In this document: piece after piece, positions 40,146-54,657 of the stretch
Layout of the letters: the number at the start of each line of letters is the position of its first letter
Position numbering within the stretch: position 1 is the stretch's first letter
Translations under genes and position numbers: made by a program
Notes under the pieces: generated by a model
What the model saw: only the letters and a program-made list of their open reading frames with translations
Database searches by the model: none
Told to the model about the DNA's origin: nothing
NCBI GenBank assembly: GCA_965287045.1
Contig: OZ336886.1
Span: 38,936,001 to 39,000,000, forward strand
Length of the DNA stretch: 64,000 nt
Direction of reading: 5' to 3'
Source of the DNA: Carcharhinus amblyrhynchos
Lineage: Eukaryota

Positions 40146-41295
40146 CAACTACAAGAGAAATGCAGGGAAAGCATCAACAACTTTACATGACCTTCTTTGA
40201 TCTCAGAAGAGCCTTCAACGTTGTGTATGCTGAGAGATTATGGGAAACTATCCCCTGTTGGCTGCCCCAATGATCACCATTCTCCACCTGCTTCACAATG
40301 ACACGTAGGCCATGATCCTGACCAACGGATTCACCACAGATCCAATTCATTTTGGAAATGTAGTCATGAAATTCTGCATCATCACACCAAGGCTCTTCTC
40401 AATTTTGCTTCGTGCAATGCTCTACCTCAAACTTAGAGCTAAATTGCAGAAAATACGACAATCTATTCAGCGATCGTAACGTGCCGGCCTGATTGAAAGT
40501 CGTCATATGCTCCTGTCAGTCAACTACGTATAGCAAATGATGATCGTGACTGTACAAAATTGGAGGCCATCTCCCAAACCATGGTCAACACCTTCTTGAA
40601 GATGTACGAGACCATGAACCTTACATTAAATATTCTGTCACCTGAGGAAGTGTTTGAAGATCAGGAACTCAGTCCCAGAACTGGGCTTATGGTTCACAGT
40701 GCAGTAGTGTTACTGCCCATCTATACGGCTGAGAGGTGTTGATTATGTACAGCAGGCACCTCAAAACCCTGGAGAAGTAGCACCAGCGCTGCCTCTGGAT
40801 GATCCTGAAAATCCATTGGCAGCATAAACACATAATGTGAGTAGTCTCATTCAAGCCAATATCCCAGCGTTGAAGCATTGACCATGCTGAGTCAACTCTG
40901 CTGGGCAGGCCAAACCGCCACATATCTGACACGAGTTACCCATAGCAAACGTTGTGTTTGGAGCTTTGATACTACAAGCAAGTCCCATTAGAGCAGGAAT
41001 AATGCATCAGTAACACCCTGAAAATGTCATCAAAACATCCAACAACCCCACTGATAGCAGAGAATCCCTTGCACAAGACCACTTAAAATGGATGAAAGCA
41101 TTGAAAAGGAGCTGAACACATTGATCTTCATCGCCGAGAACAAGCGGATATCGAGCAGTGTTTGGGAAAGGAGTGCAAAGTGATCCACTCGCTCACCCAT
41201 TCCTCTTTTCCATATCTGTCCGCCATGATAGAGATTATCGGCTGTCATTAGACTGTTCCGCCATCTGTGAAATTATTTTGAGTGTTGTAGTAAGT
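40146..41295 (+). mobile_element. RTE LINE fragment, variant C (copy 19)
   Basis: Matches copy 9 at +21148. Confidence 0.88.
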
Positions 41296-42326
41296 GTGGA
41301 GAAGCACGGGGAGTGTTGCATGCCCAGTGTGAAGAGGACAGGAGACAGGTGGCAAACCCAGTATGAAGTAACAGGGAATGAGGACGGTGATCCTAATGAG
41401 GAGCAGGAGGAGAGGAGAGTGTTTAACTGAGTGTTGAGTGGAGTGGGGCATTTATCGGTGAACTTGTATAATGCAACAAAGGACCAGAGAACTGATCCTA
41501 GAGTACAACATTGTTTTAGTAAGGAGATGAATAGTGATCCCAGGGTAGAACAGCATGAGAGGATGGCAGCAAATGCAGTGTGGACAGTTTGAGAGGGGAG
41601 TGCTGAACCCAGTCTGGAGCAGTATGAGAGGAGAGAGTTGAATCCAGTGTTGAGCAGCGAGGTTGGCGAACCGAGTGTAGAACAATGTGTTATCAGGAAA
41701 GTGAAAGAAGTGTGGAGCAAGGCATCAGCAATCTGGTCTGAAGCATCGCAGGAGCAGAGCGGTGGAGCCAGTACGGCGTGACAGGAGAGAAGATCTGCAA
41801 ACTCTTTGTAATGTGATGGAGGATATAAACGACCAGCCTATTTTTGAGTAGTGAAGCAGGACAGCAATGAACCCAGTGCGAGCTGATAGGAGAAGAGCAA
41901 TGAAACCACTGCGGAGCAATGTTAGAAGAGCACTGTGAGTTGAATATGGTGCAGCACAGGAGAAGAGGAATAGTCTGGAGCAATGGAAGAAGAGAGAAGT
42001 GAACACAGTGATCATGGGAGATGAGTGAAGAAACCAGTAAGGCCCAGTGCAGGCAGAGTGTAGTGAGCGCAGTCGAGCAATGCGCAGAGATGTCAAAGCC
42101 AGTGTAGAGCACTGCGGGAGGAGAGCGAAGATCTCAGTTTAGAAGAATGTGCGATGAGGTAGTGGGGCAATCCCAGTGTGGAGCAGCTGTGAGACGAGCG
42201 GTGGAACCCATTGAGTAGCACAGGAGCAGAGGGCTGATCCCAGTGTGGAGCCATTTGGATGCATGACGATGAACCCAGAGTTGTGCAGTTCGGCAGGAAA
42301 CCTGAGGGGGAGAAGCATGGGACGAG

Positions 42327-43615
42327 CAACTACAAGAGAAATGCAGGGAAAGCATCAACAATTTTACATGATCTTCTTTGATCTCGGAAGAGTCTTCAAC
42401 GTTGTCTATGCTGAGATATTATGGGGAAGTATCCTCTGTGTTGGCTGCCCCAGTGGTCACCATTCTCCACCTGCTTCACAACGACACATAGGCCGTGAAA
42501 CTGACCAACGGATCCTCCACAAATCCAACTTATACCAATACTGTTCTCAATCTTGCTTCCAACATTGCACCATCTCACCCCCTGAAAGCTGCCAGTGAAA
42601 TAGAGCTAAATTACAGAACAAATAAGCATCTGTTCAGCATCCAATAGGTGCAGGCCGGATCCAGGGTCGTCCCATCTTGTCATGGAACTGTATTTGGAAA
42701 CAAGGATTGTGCTTGTGCACAATTGGAGGCCAAGCTCCTAACCATGGTCAACACTTTCACCAAGATGTATGAGAGCGTGGGCCTTTCACTAAATATCCAG
42801 AAGACAATGGTCCTCTTCCAACCTCCCTCATCATACAGAACTGATGCCACCAAAACCTGTCATCAAAATCAACAACATCTTCTTGGAAAATGTGGACTAC
42901 GTTCCATAACGTGACAAGTCACAATGGCAGACAACAACAAGCTTCAACACTGTCTTCAGTGTGCCAACGCAGCCTTCTGTCACCTGAGGGTGTGTTTGAA
43001 GATCAGGAACTCAGACAAGCACAAAGCTCATAGTCTACAGGGTCCTCGTGTTACAACCCTCTATATGGCTCAGAGACCTGGACTCTGTACAGCAGGCACC
43101 TCAAACCTGGAGAAATCCCTCCAGTGTTGCCACTGCAAGATCCAGCAAATCCATTGGCTACAAAGGCACACAACGTCAGTGGTATCACTCAGATCAATCT
43201 CCTGAGCATCGAAGCACTGACCAGGCTGAGTCAGCTCTGCTGGGCTGGCCACATCATCACGTCAGGCAGGAGTCTCCCAAAGCAATTTCTGTACTCAGAG
43301 CCTTGATACCTCAAGCCCCAGGAGGGTAGAGAAAATGCATCAAGAACATCCTGAAAACGTCTTTAGAATTTACATCACTGCCACTGACCCCAAGGAATCC
43401 CATGCTCAAGACTGCTTGAAGTGGATGAAAAGCATCTGAGGAGGAGCTGAACACCTTGATCTTCTTCACTGAGAGCAAGCGGAAGCCAAGCTTCATCACG
43501 AGAAGGAGCACGGAGCAACCCACGCACTCAGCAGGTACCCCCCCATAATAGAGATCGTAGGCTGTCATTAGACTGCTCCATCAACTGTGAATTTATTTTA
43601 AGTGTTGTTGCAAGT
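42327..43615 (+). mobile_element. RTE LINE fragment, variant A (copy 20)
   Basis: Matches copy 10 at +21148. Confidence 0.9.
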
Positions 43616-44617
43616 GTGGAGAAGCGCAGGTGGAGTGTGGCATTGCCCAGTGTGGAGCAGTGTGGAAGGGTGGCAAACTTTGTATGTCTTAGTGTGGGAT
43701 GAGGACGGTGATCCAAATGAAGAGCAGTGAGCTCAACTGAGTGTTGATCAGAGTTGTGGGGGGCTGGTTAGTGGCAAACTTGTATCACGCAAAGTGTGTC
43801 CAGACAGCCGATCTCAGTGTACAATGGTGATTTTGTAAGGAGGTGAGTGATGAACCCAGGGTAGAATACCATAAGAGGGTAGCGGCACAAGAGGAGAAGG
43901 AGGAAACCAGTATACAGCAGAGCACGAGGACAGCAGTCAACCTCTTGTGGAGCAGCAGAAGAGGAGAGAGATGAATCCAGTGTGAAGCAGCAAGATTGGC
44001 AAACCAAGTGGAGAACAATGTGTTATCAGGAAGGCAAAAGCAGTCTGGAGCAGGTTGGGTGGAATCAGCAGTCCAATATGAAACATTGCAGGAGCGGTGA
44101 ACCTTGGATGCCAATGTGGAACATAAATGATGAGCCCAGTTTTGAGTGGTGCCCTAGAAGAGCAATGGATCCAGTGTGAGTAGAATGGGAGAAGAACATG
44201 AAACCAGTGTACAGCAGTGTGAGAAGAGTACAGCAAATTGAATATTGTGCCGCGCAGCTAGCGCATGATAAATCCAGTCTGGGGCAGCGAAGGAGAAGAG
44301 AGGAGAACACAGTATGGATCATTGTGGGAGAAGAGTGAAGACTCCAGTGTGGACCAGTCCTGGCAGAGTGCAGTGAACCCAGAGGAGTAGTGCACATGGA
44401 TGGAGAACCCACTCTGGAACAGTATCGGATGTGATAGAGGTCCCGTTTGGAAGGAAGTAGGAGAAGGAGAAATATTGATCCCAATGTGGAGCAGTATGTG
44501 AGGTGAGTAACGATCCCAGTGAGGGGGCATGTGGATGCACGACAACAAAACCCGTGTTGAGCAGCACTGCAGCAAGTCCAGGATGCAGCTGTGAGGGAGG
44601 ACAAATAAACCGAGCAG

Positions 44618-45812
44618 CAATGACAAGGCAAATTCAGGGAACCGCACCAACCCTCGTGTATGACATTCTTTAATTGTGCAAGAGCCGTCAACATTGTCAA
44701 TCCTGAGGGATTATGGCGCACACTCCATCTCAGCTGCCCCAAATGTTTGTCACATTTCTCCAGCTGCTACACAATGACATGCAAGCCTTGATCCTGACCA
44801 ATGGATCCACCACAGATCAAGTTCGCTTTGGAAATGTGGTCATGAAATTCTGCATCATCACACCAGCGCTCTTCTCAATTTTGCTTCATGCACACTCTGA
44901 TCTCACACTCAGCAACCTGCCACTGGATTAGAGCTAAATTACAGAACAAACGACAATCTATTCATTGATCCATACATGCAGGCCTGATCCAAACTCGTCC
45001 TATCCTCCTGTCAGTCAACTACGTATAGCAAAGAATGATCGCGACTGCGCAAAATTGGAGGCCACGCTCCAAACCATGGTCAACACCTTTTCCAAAATGT
45101 ACGGGAGATGTACATAATTATGCTGTCGCCTGAGGAAGTGTTTGAAGATCAGGAACTCAGTCAAATAACAGGGCTCATGGTCTACAGTGCAGTAGTGTTA
45201 CTGCCCATCTCTATGGCACAAATGTTGATTGTGTACAGCAGGCACCTCAAAACCCTGGAGAAGTAGCACCAGTGCTGCCTCTGGATGATCCTTAAAATCC
45301 ATTGATAGCATAAACACACACCAACACTCTTCTCAATTTTGCCACTGGACAATGGTCGCATTCAAGCCAATATCCCAGCATTGAAGCATTGACCGTGCTG
45401 AGTCAACTCTGCTGGGCACACCATATGGCCAAATGTCTGACACGAGACACCCAGAGCAAATGCTGTGCTTGAAGCTTCGATATTGCAAGCAAGTCCCATT
45501 GGAGCAGGAAAAATGCATCAATAACACCCTGAGAACGTCCTCAAAACTTAGAACAACCCCACTGATAGCAGGGAATCCCTTGCGCAAGACCATTTAAAAT
45601 GGATGAAAAGCACTGAAAAAAGGAGCTGAGCACCTTGATCTTCATCGCCAAGAGCAAGCGGAAATCGAGTAGTGTCAGGAAAGGAGTGCATAGTGATGCA
45701 CTCACTCAACCACTCCTCGATTCCATATCTGCCCCCCGTGATGGAAATTGTAGGCTATCATTCGACTGTTCTGCCCGCTATCTGTGAAACTATTTTGAGT
45801 GTTGTAGTCAGT
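44618..45812 (+). mobile_element. RTE LINE fragment, variant B (copy 21)
   Basis: Matches copy 11 at +21148. Confidence 0.9.
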
Positions 45813-46814
45813 GTGGAGAAGCACAGGGAGTGTTGCATGCCCAGAGTGAAGAGGTCAGGAGACAGGTGGCAATCCCAGTATGAAGTAACACTGAATGAGG
45901 ACGGAGATCCTAATGAGCAGCAGCAGCTGAGGAGACTGTCTAACTAAGTATTGAGTGGAGTGGGGCGTTTATTGGTGAACTTGTATAATGCCACCTATGA
46001 CCAGAGAACTGATCCTAGAGTACAACAGTGTTTTAGTAAGGAGATGAATAGTGATCCCAGGGTAGAACAGCATGAGAGGATGGCAGGAAATGCAGTGTGG
46101 AGCAGTTTGAGAGGGGAGTGCTGAACACAGTCTGGAGCAGTATGAGAGGAGAGAGTTGAATCCAGCGTTGAGCAGCAAGGTTGGCGAACCAAGTGTAGAA
46201 AAATGTGTTATCAGGAAAGTGAAAGAAGTGTGGAGCAAGGCATCAGCAATCCGGTATGAAGCATCGCAGGAGCAGAGCGGTGGAGCCAGTACGGCGTGAC
46301 AGGGGAGAAGATCTGCAACTCTTTCTAATGTGATGTCGGATATAAACGACCAGCCTATTTTCGAGTGGTGAAGCAGGACGGCAATGAACCCAGTGCGAGC
46401 AGATTGGAGAAGAGCAATGAAACCAGTGCAGAGCAATGTGAGAAGAGCACTGTGAGTTGAATATGGTGCAGCACAGGAGAAGAGGAATAGTCTGGAGTAA
46501 TGGAAGAAGACAGAAGCGAACACAGTTATCGTAGAAGAGCAAAGAAACCCATGTGGCCCAGTGCAGGCAGAGTGCAGTAAACCCAGTGTGGAGCACCACG
46601 GGAGGAGAGGGAAGATCTCAGTTGAGAAGAATATGGGAGGAGGTGGTGGGGCAATCCCAGTGTGGAGCAGCGTGTGAGGAGAGCGGTGGAACCCACTGAG
46701 TCGCACAGGAGCAGTGGGCTGAACGCAGTGTGGAGCCATTTGGATGCATGTCCATGAACCCAGGTCAGCTGAGCAGTTCAGCAGGACACCTGGGTTGGAG
46801 AAGCATGGGACGAG

Positions 46815-47963
46815 CAACTACAAGAGAAATGCAGGGAAAGCATCAACAACTTTACATGACCTTCTTTGATCTCAGAAGAGACTTCAACATTGTGTATGCT
46901 GAGAGATTATGGGAAACTATCCTCTGTTGGCTGCCCCAGTGGTCACCATTCTCCACCTGCTTCACAGTGACACGTAGGCCGTGATCCTGACCAACGGATT
47001 CACCACAGATCCAATTCACTTTGGAAATGTAGTCATGAAATTCTGCATCATCACTCCAACGCTCTTCTCAATTTTGCTTCATGCAATGCTCTATCTCACA
47101 CTCAGAGCTAAATTACAGAACATACGACAATCTATTCAGCGATCCTTGCGTGCAGGCCTGATCCAAAGTCGTCCTATCCTCCTGTCAGTCCACTACGTAT
47201 AGCAAATGATGATCGCGACCGTACAAAATTTGAGGCCGTCTTCCAAACCATGGTCAACACCTTCTTGAAGATGTACGAGAGCATGAGCCTTACATTAAAT
47301 ATTCTGTCACCTGAGGAAGTGTTTGAAGATCAGGAACTCAGTCCCAGAACAGGGCTCATGGTTTAGAGTGCAGTTGTGTTACTGCCCATCTATATGGCTC
47401 AGGGATGTTGATTATGTACAGCAGGCACCTCAAAACCCTGGAGAAGTTGCACCAGCGCTGCCTCTGGATGATCCTGAAAATCCATTGGCAGCATAAACAC
47501 ATAATGTCAGTGGTCTCATTTCAAGCCAATATCCCAGCATTGAAGCATTGACCATGCTGAGTCAACTCTGCTGGGCAGGCCAAACCACCACATATCTGAC
47601 ACGAGTTACCCAAAGCAAACGTTGTGCTTGGAGCTTTGATACTGCAAGTCCCACTGGAGCAGGAATAATGCATCAGTAACACCCTGAAAATGTCCTCAAA
47701 ACTTACAACAACCCCACTGACACCAGGGAATCCCTCGCGCACGACCACTTAAAATGGATGAAAAGCATTGAAAAGGAGCTGGACACCTTGATCTTCATCG
47801 CCAAGAGCCAGCGGATGTTGAGCAGTTTTTGGGAAAGGAGTGCGTAGCAATCCACTCACTCACCCATTCCTTTATTCCATATCAGCACCCCCATGATAGA
47901 GATTGTAGGCTGTCATTAGACTGTTCCGCCATCTGTGAAATTATTTTGAGTGTTGTACTAAGT
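46815..47963 (+). mobile_element. RTE LINE fragment, variant C (copy 22)
   Basis: Matches copy 12 at +21148. Confidence 0.88.
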
Positions 47964-48994
47964 GTGGAGAAGCGCGGAGAGTGTTGCATGCCCAGTGTGG
48001 AGAGGGCAGGAGACAGGTGGCAAACCCAGTATGAAGTAACACGGAATGAAGACGGAGATCCTAATGAGGAGCAGTAAAAGAGGAGACTGTTTAACTGAGT
48101 GTTGAGTGGAGTGGGGCATTTATCTGTGAACTTCTGTAATGCAACATCAGGCCAGAAAACTGATACTAGATTACAACAGTGTTTTCGTAAGGAGATGAAT
48201 AGTGATCCCGGGGTAGAACAGCATGAGAGGATGGGCAGCAAATGCAGTGTGGACAGTTTGAGAGGGGAGTGCTGAACCCAGTCTGGAGCAGTATGAGAGG
48301 AGACAGTTGAATCCAGCGTTGAGCAGCAAGGTTGGTGAACCAAGTGTAGAACAATGTGTTATCAGGAAAGTGAAAGAAGTGTGGAGCAAGGCAGCAGCAA
48401 TCTGGTATGAAGCATCGCAGGAGCAGAGCGCTGGAGCCAGTACGGCGTGACAGGAGAGAAGATCTGCAAATTCTTGATAATGGGACGTAGGATATAAACA
48501 ACCAGCCTATTTTCCAGTGATGAAGCAGGACAGCAATGAACCCAGTGCGAGCAGATGGAGAAGAGCAATGAAACCAGTGCGGAGCAATGTGAGAAGAGCA
48601 CTGTGAGTTGAATATGGTGCAGCACAGGAGAAGAGGAATAGTCTGGAGCAATGGGGGAAGAGAGAAGTGAACACAGTGATCGTGGGAGAAGAGTGAAGAA
48701 ACCAGTGAGGCCTAGAGCAGGCAGAGTGAACTGAACCCAGTCGAGCAATGCGCAGGGATGTCAAACCCAGTGTGGAGCGCCACGGGAGGAGAGTGAAGAT
48801 CTCAGTTTAGAAGAACGTGCGAGGAGGTAGTGGGGCGATCCCAGTGTGGAGCAGCTGTGAGAAGAGCGGTGGAACCCTTTGAGTAGCACAGGAGCAGAGG
48901 GCTGATCCCAGTGTGGAGCCATTTAGATGCATGACGATGAACCCAGTGTTGAGCAGTTCAGCAGGAAACCTGAGGCAGAGAAGCATGGGACGAG

Positions 48995-50283
48995 CAACTA
49001 CAAGAGAAATGCAGGAAAAGCATCAACAATTTTACATGATCTTCTTTGATCTCGGAAGAGTCTTCAACGTTGTCTGTGCTGAGAGATTATGGGGAACTAT
49101 GCTCTGTGTTGGCTGCCCCAATGGTCACCATTATCCACCTGCTTCACAATGACACGTAGGCCATGAGCCTGACCAACGGATCCACCACAAATCCAATTTA
49201 TACCAATACTGTTCTCAATCTTGCTTCCTACATTGCACCATCTCAGCCCAGAAAGCTGCCAGTGAAATAGGGCTAAATTACAGATCAAACAAGAATCTGT
49301 TCGGCATCCAATAGGTGCAGGCATGATCCAGGGTCGTCCCATCTTGTCATGGAACTGTATTTGGAAACGATGATTGTGCTTGTGCACAACTGGAGGCCAA
49401 GCTCCGAACCATGGTCAACACTTTCACCAAGATGTATGAGAGCGTGGGCCTTTCACTAAATATCCAGAAGACAATGGTCCTCTTCCAACCTCCCTCATCG
49501 TACAGAACTGATGCTGCCAAAACCAGTCATCAAAATCAACAACATGTTCTTAGAAAATGTGGACTACATTCCATAACGTGAGACCTCACAATGGCAGACA
49601 ACAACAAACTTCAACACTGTCTTCAGTGTGCCAACGCAGCCTTCTGTCACCTGAGGATGTGTTTGAAGATCAGGAACTCAGACAAGCACAAAGCTCATGG
49701 TCTACAGGGTCCGAGTGTTACAACCCTCTGTATGGCTCAGAGACGTGGACTCTGTACAGCAGGCACCTCAAGCCCTGGAGAAATCCCTCCAGTGCTGCCA
49801 CTGCAAGATCCTGCAAATCCATTGGGTGCAAAGGCACACAACGTCAGTGGTATCGCTCAGATCAATCTCCTGAGCATCGAAGCACTGACCAGGCTGAGTC
49901 ATCTCTGCTGGGCTGGCCACATCCGCACGTCAGACAGGAGTCTCCCAAAGCAATTGCTGTACTCAGAGCTTTGATACAGCAAGCCCCAGGAGGGTAGAGA
50001 AAATGCATCAAGAACATCCCGAAAACTTCTTCAGAATTTACAACACTGCCACTGACCCCAAGGAATCCCATGCCCAAGACCGCTTGAAGTGGATGAAAAG
50101 CATCTGAGAAGGAGCTGAACACCTTGATCTTCATCACTGAGAGCAAGTGGAAGCCAAGCGTCATCAGGAGAAGGAGCACGGAGCAACTCACGCACTCAGC
50201 CACAACCCCCCTGTAATCGAGATTGTATGCTGTCATTAGGCTGCTCCATCAGCTGTGAATTTATTTTAAGTGTTATCGCAAGT
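48995..50283 (+). mobile_element. RTE LINE fragment, variant A (copy 23)
   Basis: Matches copy 13 at +21147. Confidence 0.9.
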
Positions 50284-51284
50284 GTGGAGAACTGCAGGTG
50301 GAGTGTGGCATTGCCCAGTGTGGAGCAGTGTGGAAGGGTGGCAAACCTTGTATGTCTTAGTGTGGGATGAGAACGGTGATCCTAATTAAGAGCAGTGAGC
50401 TCAACTGAATGTTGATCAGAGTTGTGGGGGGCTGGTTAGTAGCAAACTTGTATCACGCAATGTGTGTCCAGACAGCCAATCTCAGTGTACACTGGTGATT
50501 TTGTCAGGAGGTGAGTGATGAACCCAGGGTAGAATACCATAAGAGGATAGCGGCACAAGCGGAGAAAGAGGAAACCAGTATGCAGCAGAGCCGGAGGACA
50601 GCAGTCAACCTCTTGTGGAGCAGCACAAGAGGAGAGAGATGAATCCAGTGTGAAGCAGCAAGATTGGAAAACCAAGTGTAGAACAATGTGTTAAGAGGAT
50701 GGCAAAAGCAGTCTGGAGCAGGTTGGGTGGAATCAGCAGTCCAATATGAAACATTGCAGGAGCGTTGAACCTAGTATGCCAATGTGGAACCTAAATGATG
50801 AGCCCAGTTTTGAGTGGTGCCCTAGAAGAGCAATGGATCTAGTGTGAGTAGCATGGGAGAAGAACATGAAACCAGTGTACAGCAATGTGAGAAGAGTACA
50901 GCAAATCGAATATTGTGCCGCGCAGCTAGCGCATGATAAATCCAGTCTGGGGCAGCGAAGGAGAGAGGTGAACACAGTATGGATCATTGTGGGAGAAGAG
51001 TGAAGACTCCAGTGTGGACCAGTCCAGGCAGAGTGCAGTGAACCCAGAGGAGTAGTGCACATGGATGGAGAACCCACTATGGAGCAGTGTCGGATGTGAG
51101 CAGAGGTCCCGTTTAGAAGGAAGTAGGAGAAGGAGGAATGGTGATCCCAATGTGGAGCAGTATGTGAGGTGAGTAACGATCCCAGTGAGGGGGCATGTGG
51201 ATGCATGACAACGAACCCAGTGTTGAGCAGCACAGCAGCAAGCCCAGGATGCAGCTGTGCGGGAGGAGCAACTAAACCGAGCAG

Positions 51285-52477
51285 CAACTACAAGAGAAAT
51301 TCAGGGAACAGCACCAACCCTTGTGTATGATAGTCTTTCATCTTGCAAGAGCCGTCAACATTGTCAATCCTGAGGGATTATGGAGCACACTCCATTTCAG
51401 CTGCCCCAAATGTTTGTCACATTTCTCCAGCAGCTCCACAATGACATGCAAGCCTTGATCCTGACCAATGGATCCACCACAGATCAAATTCGCTTTGGAA
51501 ATGTGGTCGTGAAATTCTGTATCATCACACTAGCGCTCTTCTCAATTTTGCTTCATGCACAGTCTGATCTCACACTCAGCAACCTGCCACTGGATTAGAG
51601 CTAAATTACAGAACAAACGACAATCTATTCATTGATCCATACATGCAGGCCTGATCCAAACTCGTCCTATCCTCCTGTCAGTCAACTACGTATAGCAAAG
51701 AATGATCGCGACTGCGCAAAATTGGAGGCCACGCTCCAAACCATGGTCAACACCTTTTCCAAAATGTACGAGAGATGTACATAAATATGCTGTCGCCTGA
51801 GGAAGTGTTTGAAGATCAGGAACTCAGTCAAATAACAGGGCTCATGGTCTACAGTGCAGTAGTGTTACTGCCCATCTCTATGGCTCAAATGTTGATTATG
51901 TACAGCAGGCACCTCAAAACCCTGGAGAAGTAGCACCAGTGCTGCCTCTGGATGATCCTGAAAATCCATTGATAGCATAAACACACACCAACGCTCTTCT
52001 CAATTTTGCCACTGGACAATGGTCGCATTCAAGCCAATATCCCAGCACGGAAGCATTGACAGTGCTGAGTCAACTCAGCTGGGCACACCATATGGCCAAA
52101 TGTCTGACACGAGACACCCAAAGCAAATGCTGTGCTTGAAGCTTCGATATTGCAAGCAAGTCCCATCGGAGCAGGAAAAATGCATCAATAACACCCTGAG
52201 AACATCGTCAAAACTTAGAACAACCCCACTGACAGCAGGGAATCCCTTGCGCAAGACCATTTAAAATGGATGAAAAGCATTGAAAAGGAGCTGAGCACCT
52301 TGATCTTCATCGCCAAGAGCAAGCGGAAGTCGAGTAGTGTCAGGAAAGGAGTGCATAGTGATGCACTCACTCAACCACTCCTCGATTCCATATCTGCCCC
52401 CCGTGATGGAAATTGTAGGCTATCATTCGACTGTTCTGCCTGCCATCTGTGAAATTATTTTGAGTGTTGTAGTCAGT
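51285..52477 (+). mobile_element. RTE LINE fragment, variant B (copy 24)
   Basis: B diagnostics; the 3' half resembles copies 2, 11 and 21. Confidence 0.9.
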
Positions 52478-53509
52478 GTGGAGAAGCACAGGGAGTGTTG
52501 CATGCCCAGAGTGAAGAGGGCAGGAGACAGGTGGCAAACCCAGTATGAAGTAACACTGAATGAGGACGGTGATCCTAATGAGGAGCAGCAGCTGAGGAGA
52601 CTGTCTAACTAAGTATTGAGTGGAGTGGGACGTTTATTGGTGAACTTGTATAATGCAACATACGACCAGAGAACTGATCCAAGAGTACAAGAGTGTTTTA
52701 GTAAGGAGACGAATAGAGATCCCAGGGTAGAACAGCATGAGAGGATGGCAGCAAATGCAGTGTGGAGCAGTTTGAGAGGGGAGTGCTGAACCCAGTCTGG
52801 AGCAGTATGAGAGGAGAGAGTTGAATCCAGCGTTGAGCAGCAAGGTTGGTGAACCAAGTGTAGAACAATGTGTTATCACGAAAGTGAAAGAAGTGTGGAG
52901 CAAGGCATCAGCAATCCGGTATGAAGCATCGCAGGAGCAGAGCGGTGGAGCCAGTACGGCGTGACAGGGGAGAAGATCTGCAACTCTTTCTAATGTGATG
53001 TCGGATATAAACGACCAGCCTATTTTCGAGTGGTGAAGCAGGACAGCAATGAGCCCAGTGTGAGCAGATAGGAGGAGAGCAATGAAACCAGTGCAGAGCA
53101 ATGTGAGAAGAGTACTGTGAGTTGAATATGGTGCAGCACAGGAGAAGAGGAATAGTCTGGAGTAATGGAAGAAGACAGAAGCGAACACAGTTATCGTAGA
53201 AGAGCGAAGAAACCAGTGTGGCCCAGTGCAGGCAGAGTGCAGTAAACCCAGTCGAGCAGTGCACAAGGATGTCAAACCCAGTGTGGAGCACCACGGGAGG
53301 AGAGGGAAGATCTCAGTTGAGAAGAATATGGGAGGAGGTGGTGGGGCAATCCCAGTGTGGAGCAGCGTGTGAGGAGAGCGGTGGAACCCATTGAGTAGCA
53401 CAGGATTAGAGGGCTGAACGCAGTGTGGAGCCATTTGGATGCATGTCCATGAACCCAGGTCAGCTGAGCAGTTCAGCAGGACACCTGGGTTGGAGAAGCA
53501 TGGGACGAG

Positions 53510-54657
53510 CAACTACAAGAGAAATGCAGGGAAAGCATCAACAACTTTACATGTCCTTCTTTGATCTCAAAAGAGACTTCAACATTGTGTATGCTGAGAG
53601 ATTTTGGGAAACTATCCTCTGTTGGCTGCCCCAGTGGTCACCATTCTCCACCTGCTTCACAGTGACACGTAGGCCGTGATCCTGACCAACGGATTCACCA
53701 CAGATCCAATTCACTTTGGAAATGTAGTCATGAAATTCTGCATCATCACTCTAACGCTCTTCTCAATTTTGCTTCGTGCAATGCTCTATCTCACACTTAG
53801 AGCTAAATTACAGAACATACGACAATCTATTCAGCGATCCTTGCGTGCAGGCCTGATCCAAAGTCGTCCTATCCTCCTGTCAGTCCACTACGTATAGCAA
53901 ATGATGATCACGACCGTACAAAATTTGAGGCCGTATTCCAAACCATGGTCAACACCTTCTTGAAGATGTACGAGAGCATGAGCCTTACATTAAATATTCT
54001 GTCACCTGAGGAAGTGTTTGAAGATCAGGAACTCAGTCCCAGAACAGGGCTCATGGTTTAGAGTGCAGTTGTGTTACTGCCCATCTATATGGCTCAGGGA
54101 TGTTGATTATGTACAGCAGGCACCTCAAAACCCTGGAGAAGTTGCACCAGCGCTGCCTCTGGATGATCCTGAAAATCCATTGGCAGCATAAACGCATAAC
54201 GTCAGTGGTCTCATTCAAGCCAATATCCCAGCATTGAAGCATTGACCATGCTGAGTCAACTCTGCTGGACAGGCCAAACCACCACATGTCTGACACGAGT
54301 TACCCAAAGCAAACGTTGTGCTTGGAGCTTTGATACTGCAAGTCCCACTGGAGCAGGAATAATGCATCAGTAACACCCTGAAAATGTCCTCAAAACTTAC
54401 AACAACCCCATTGACACCAGGGAATCCCTCGTGCAAGACCACTTAAAATGGATGAAAAGCATTGAAAAGGAGCTGGACACCTTGATCTTCATCGCCAAGA
54501 GCCAGCGGATGTTGAGCAGTTTTTGGGAAAGGAGTGCGTAGCAATCCACTCACTCACCCATTCCTTTATTCCATATCAGCACCCCCATGATAGAGATTGT
54601 AGGCTGTCATTAGACTGTTCCGCCATCTGTGAAATTATTTTGAGTGTTGTACTAAGT
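53510..54657 (+). mobile_element. RTE LINE fragment, variant C (copy 25)
   Basis: Matches copy 22 at +6695. Confidence 0.88.

Noticed and set aside
24821-53512. Long minus-strand ORFs of 282-292 aa (24821-25669, 39273-40148, 45969-46817, 52634-53512)
   Set aside because: They are shadows of the stop-poor pyrimidine-rich strand of the spacer and start at TTG rather than ATG. They are Leu/Ser/Cys/His-rich with no recognisable domain, and homologous spacers are freely frameshifted (e.g. 18368-19000).
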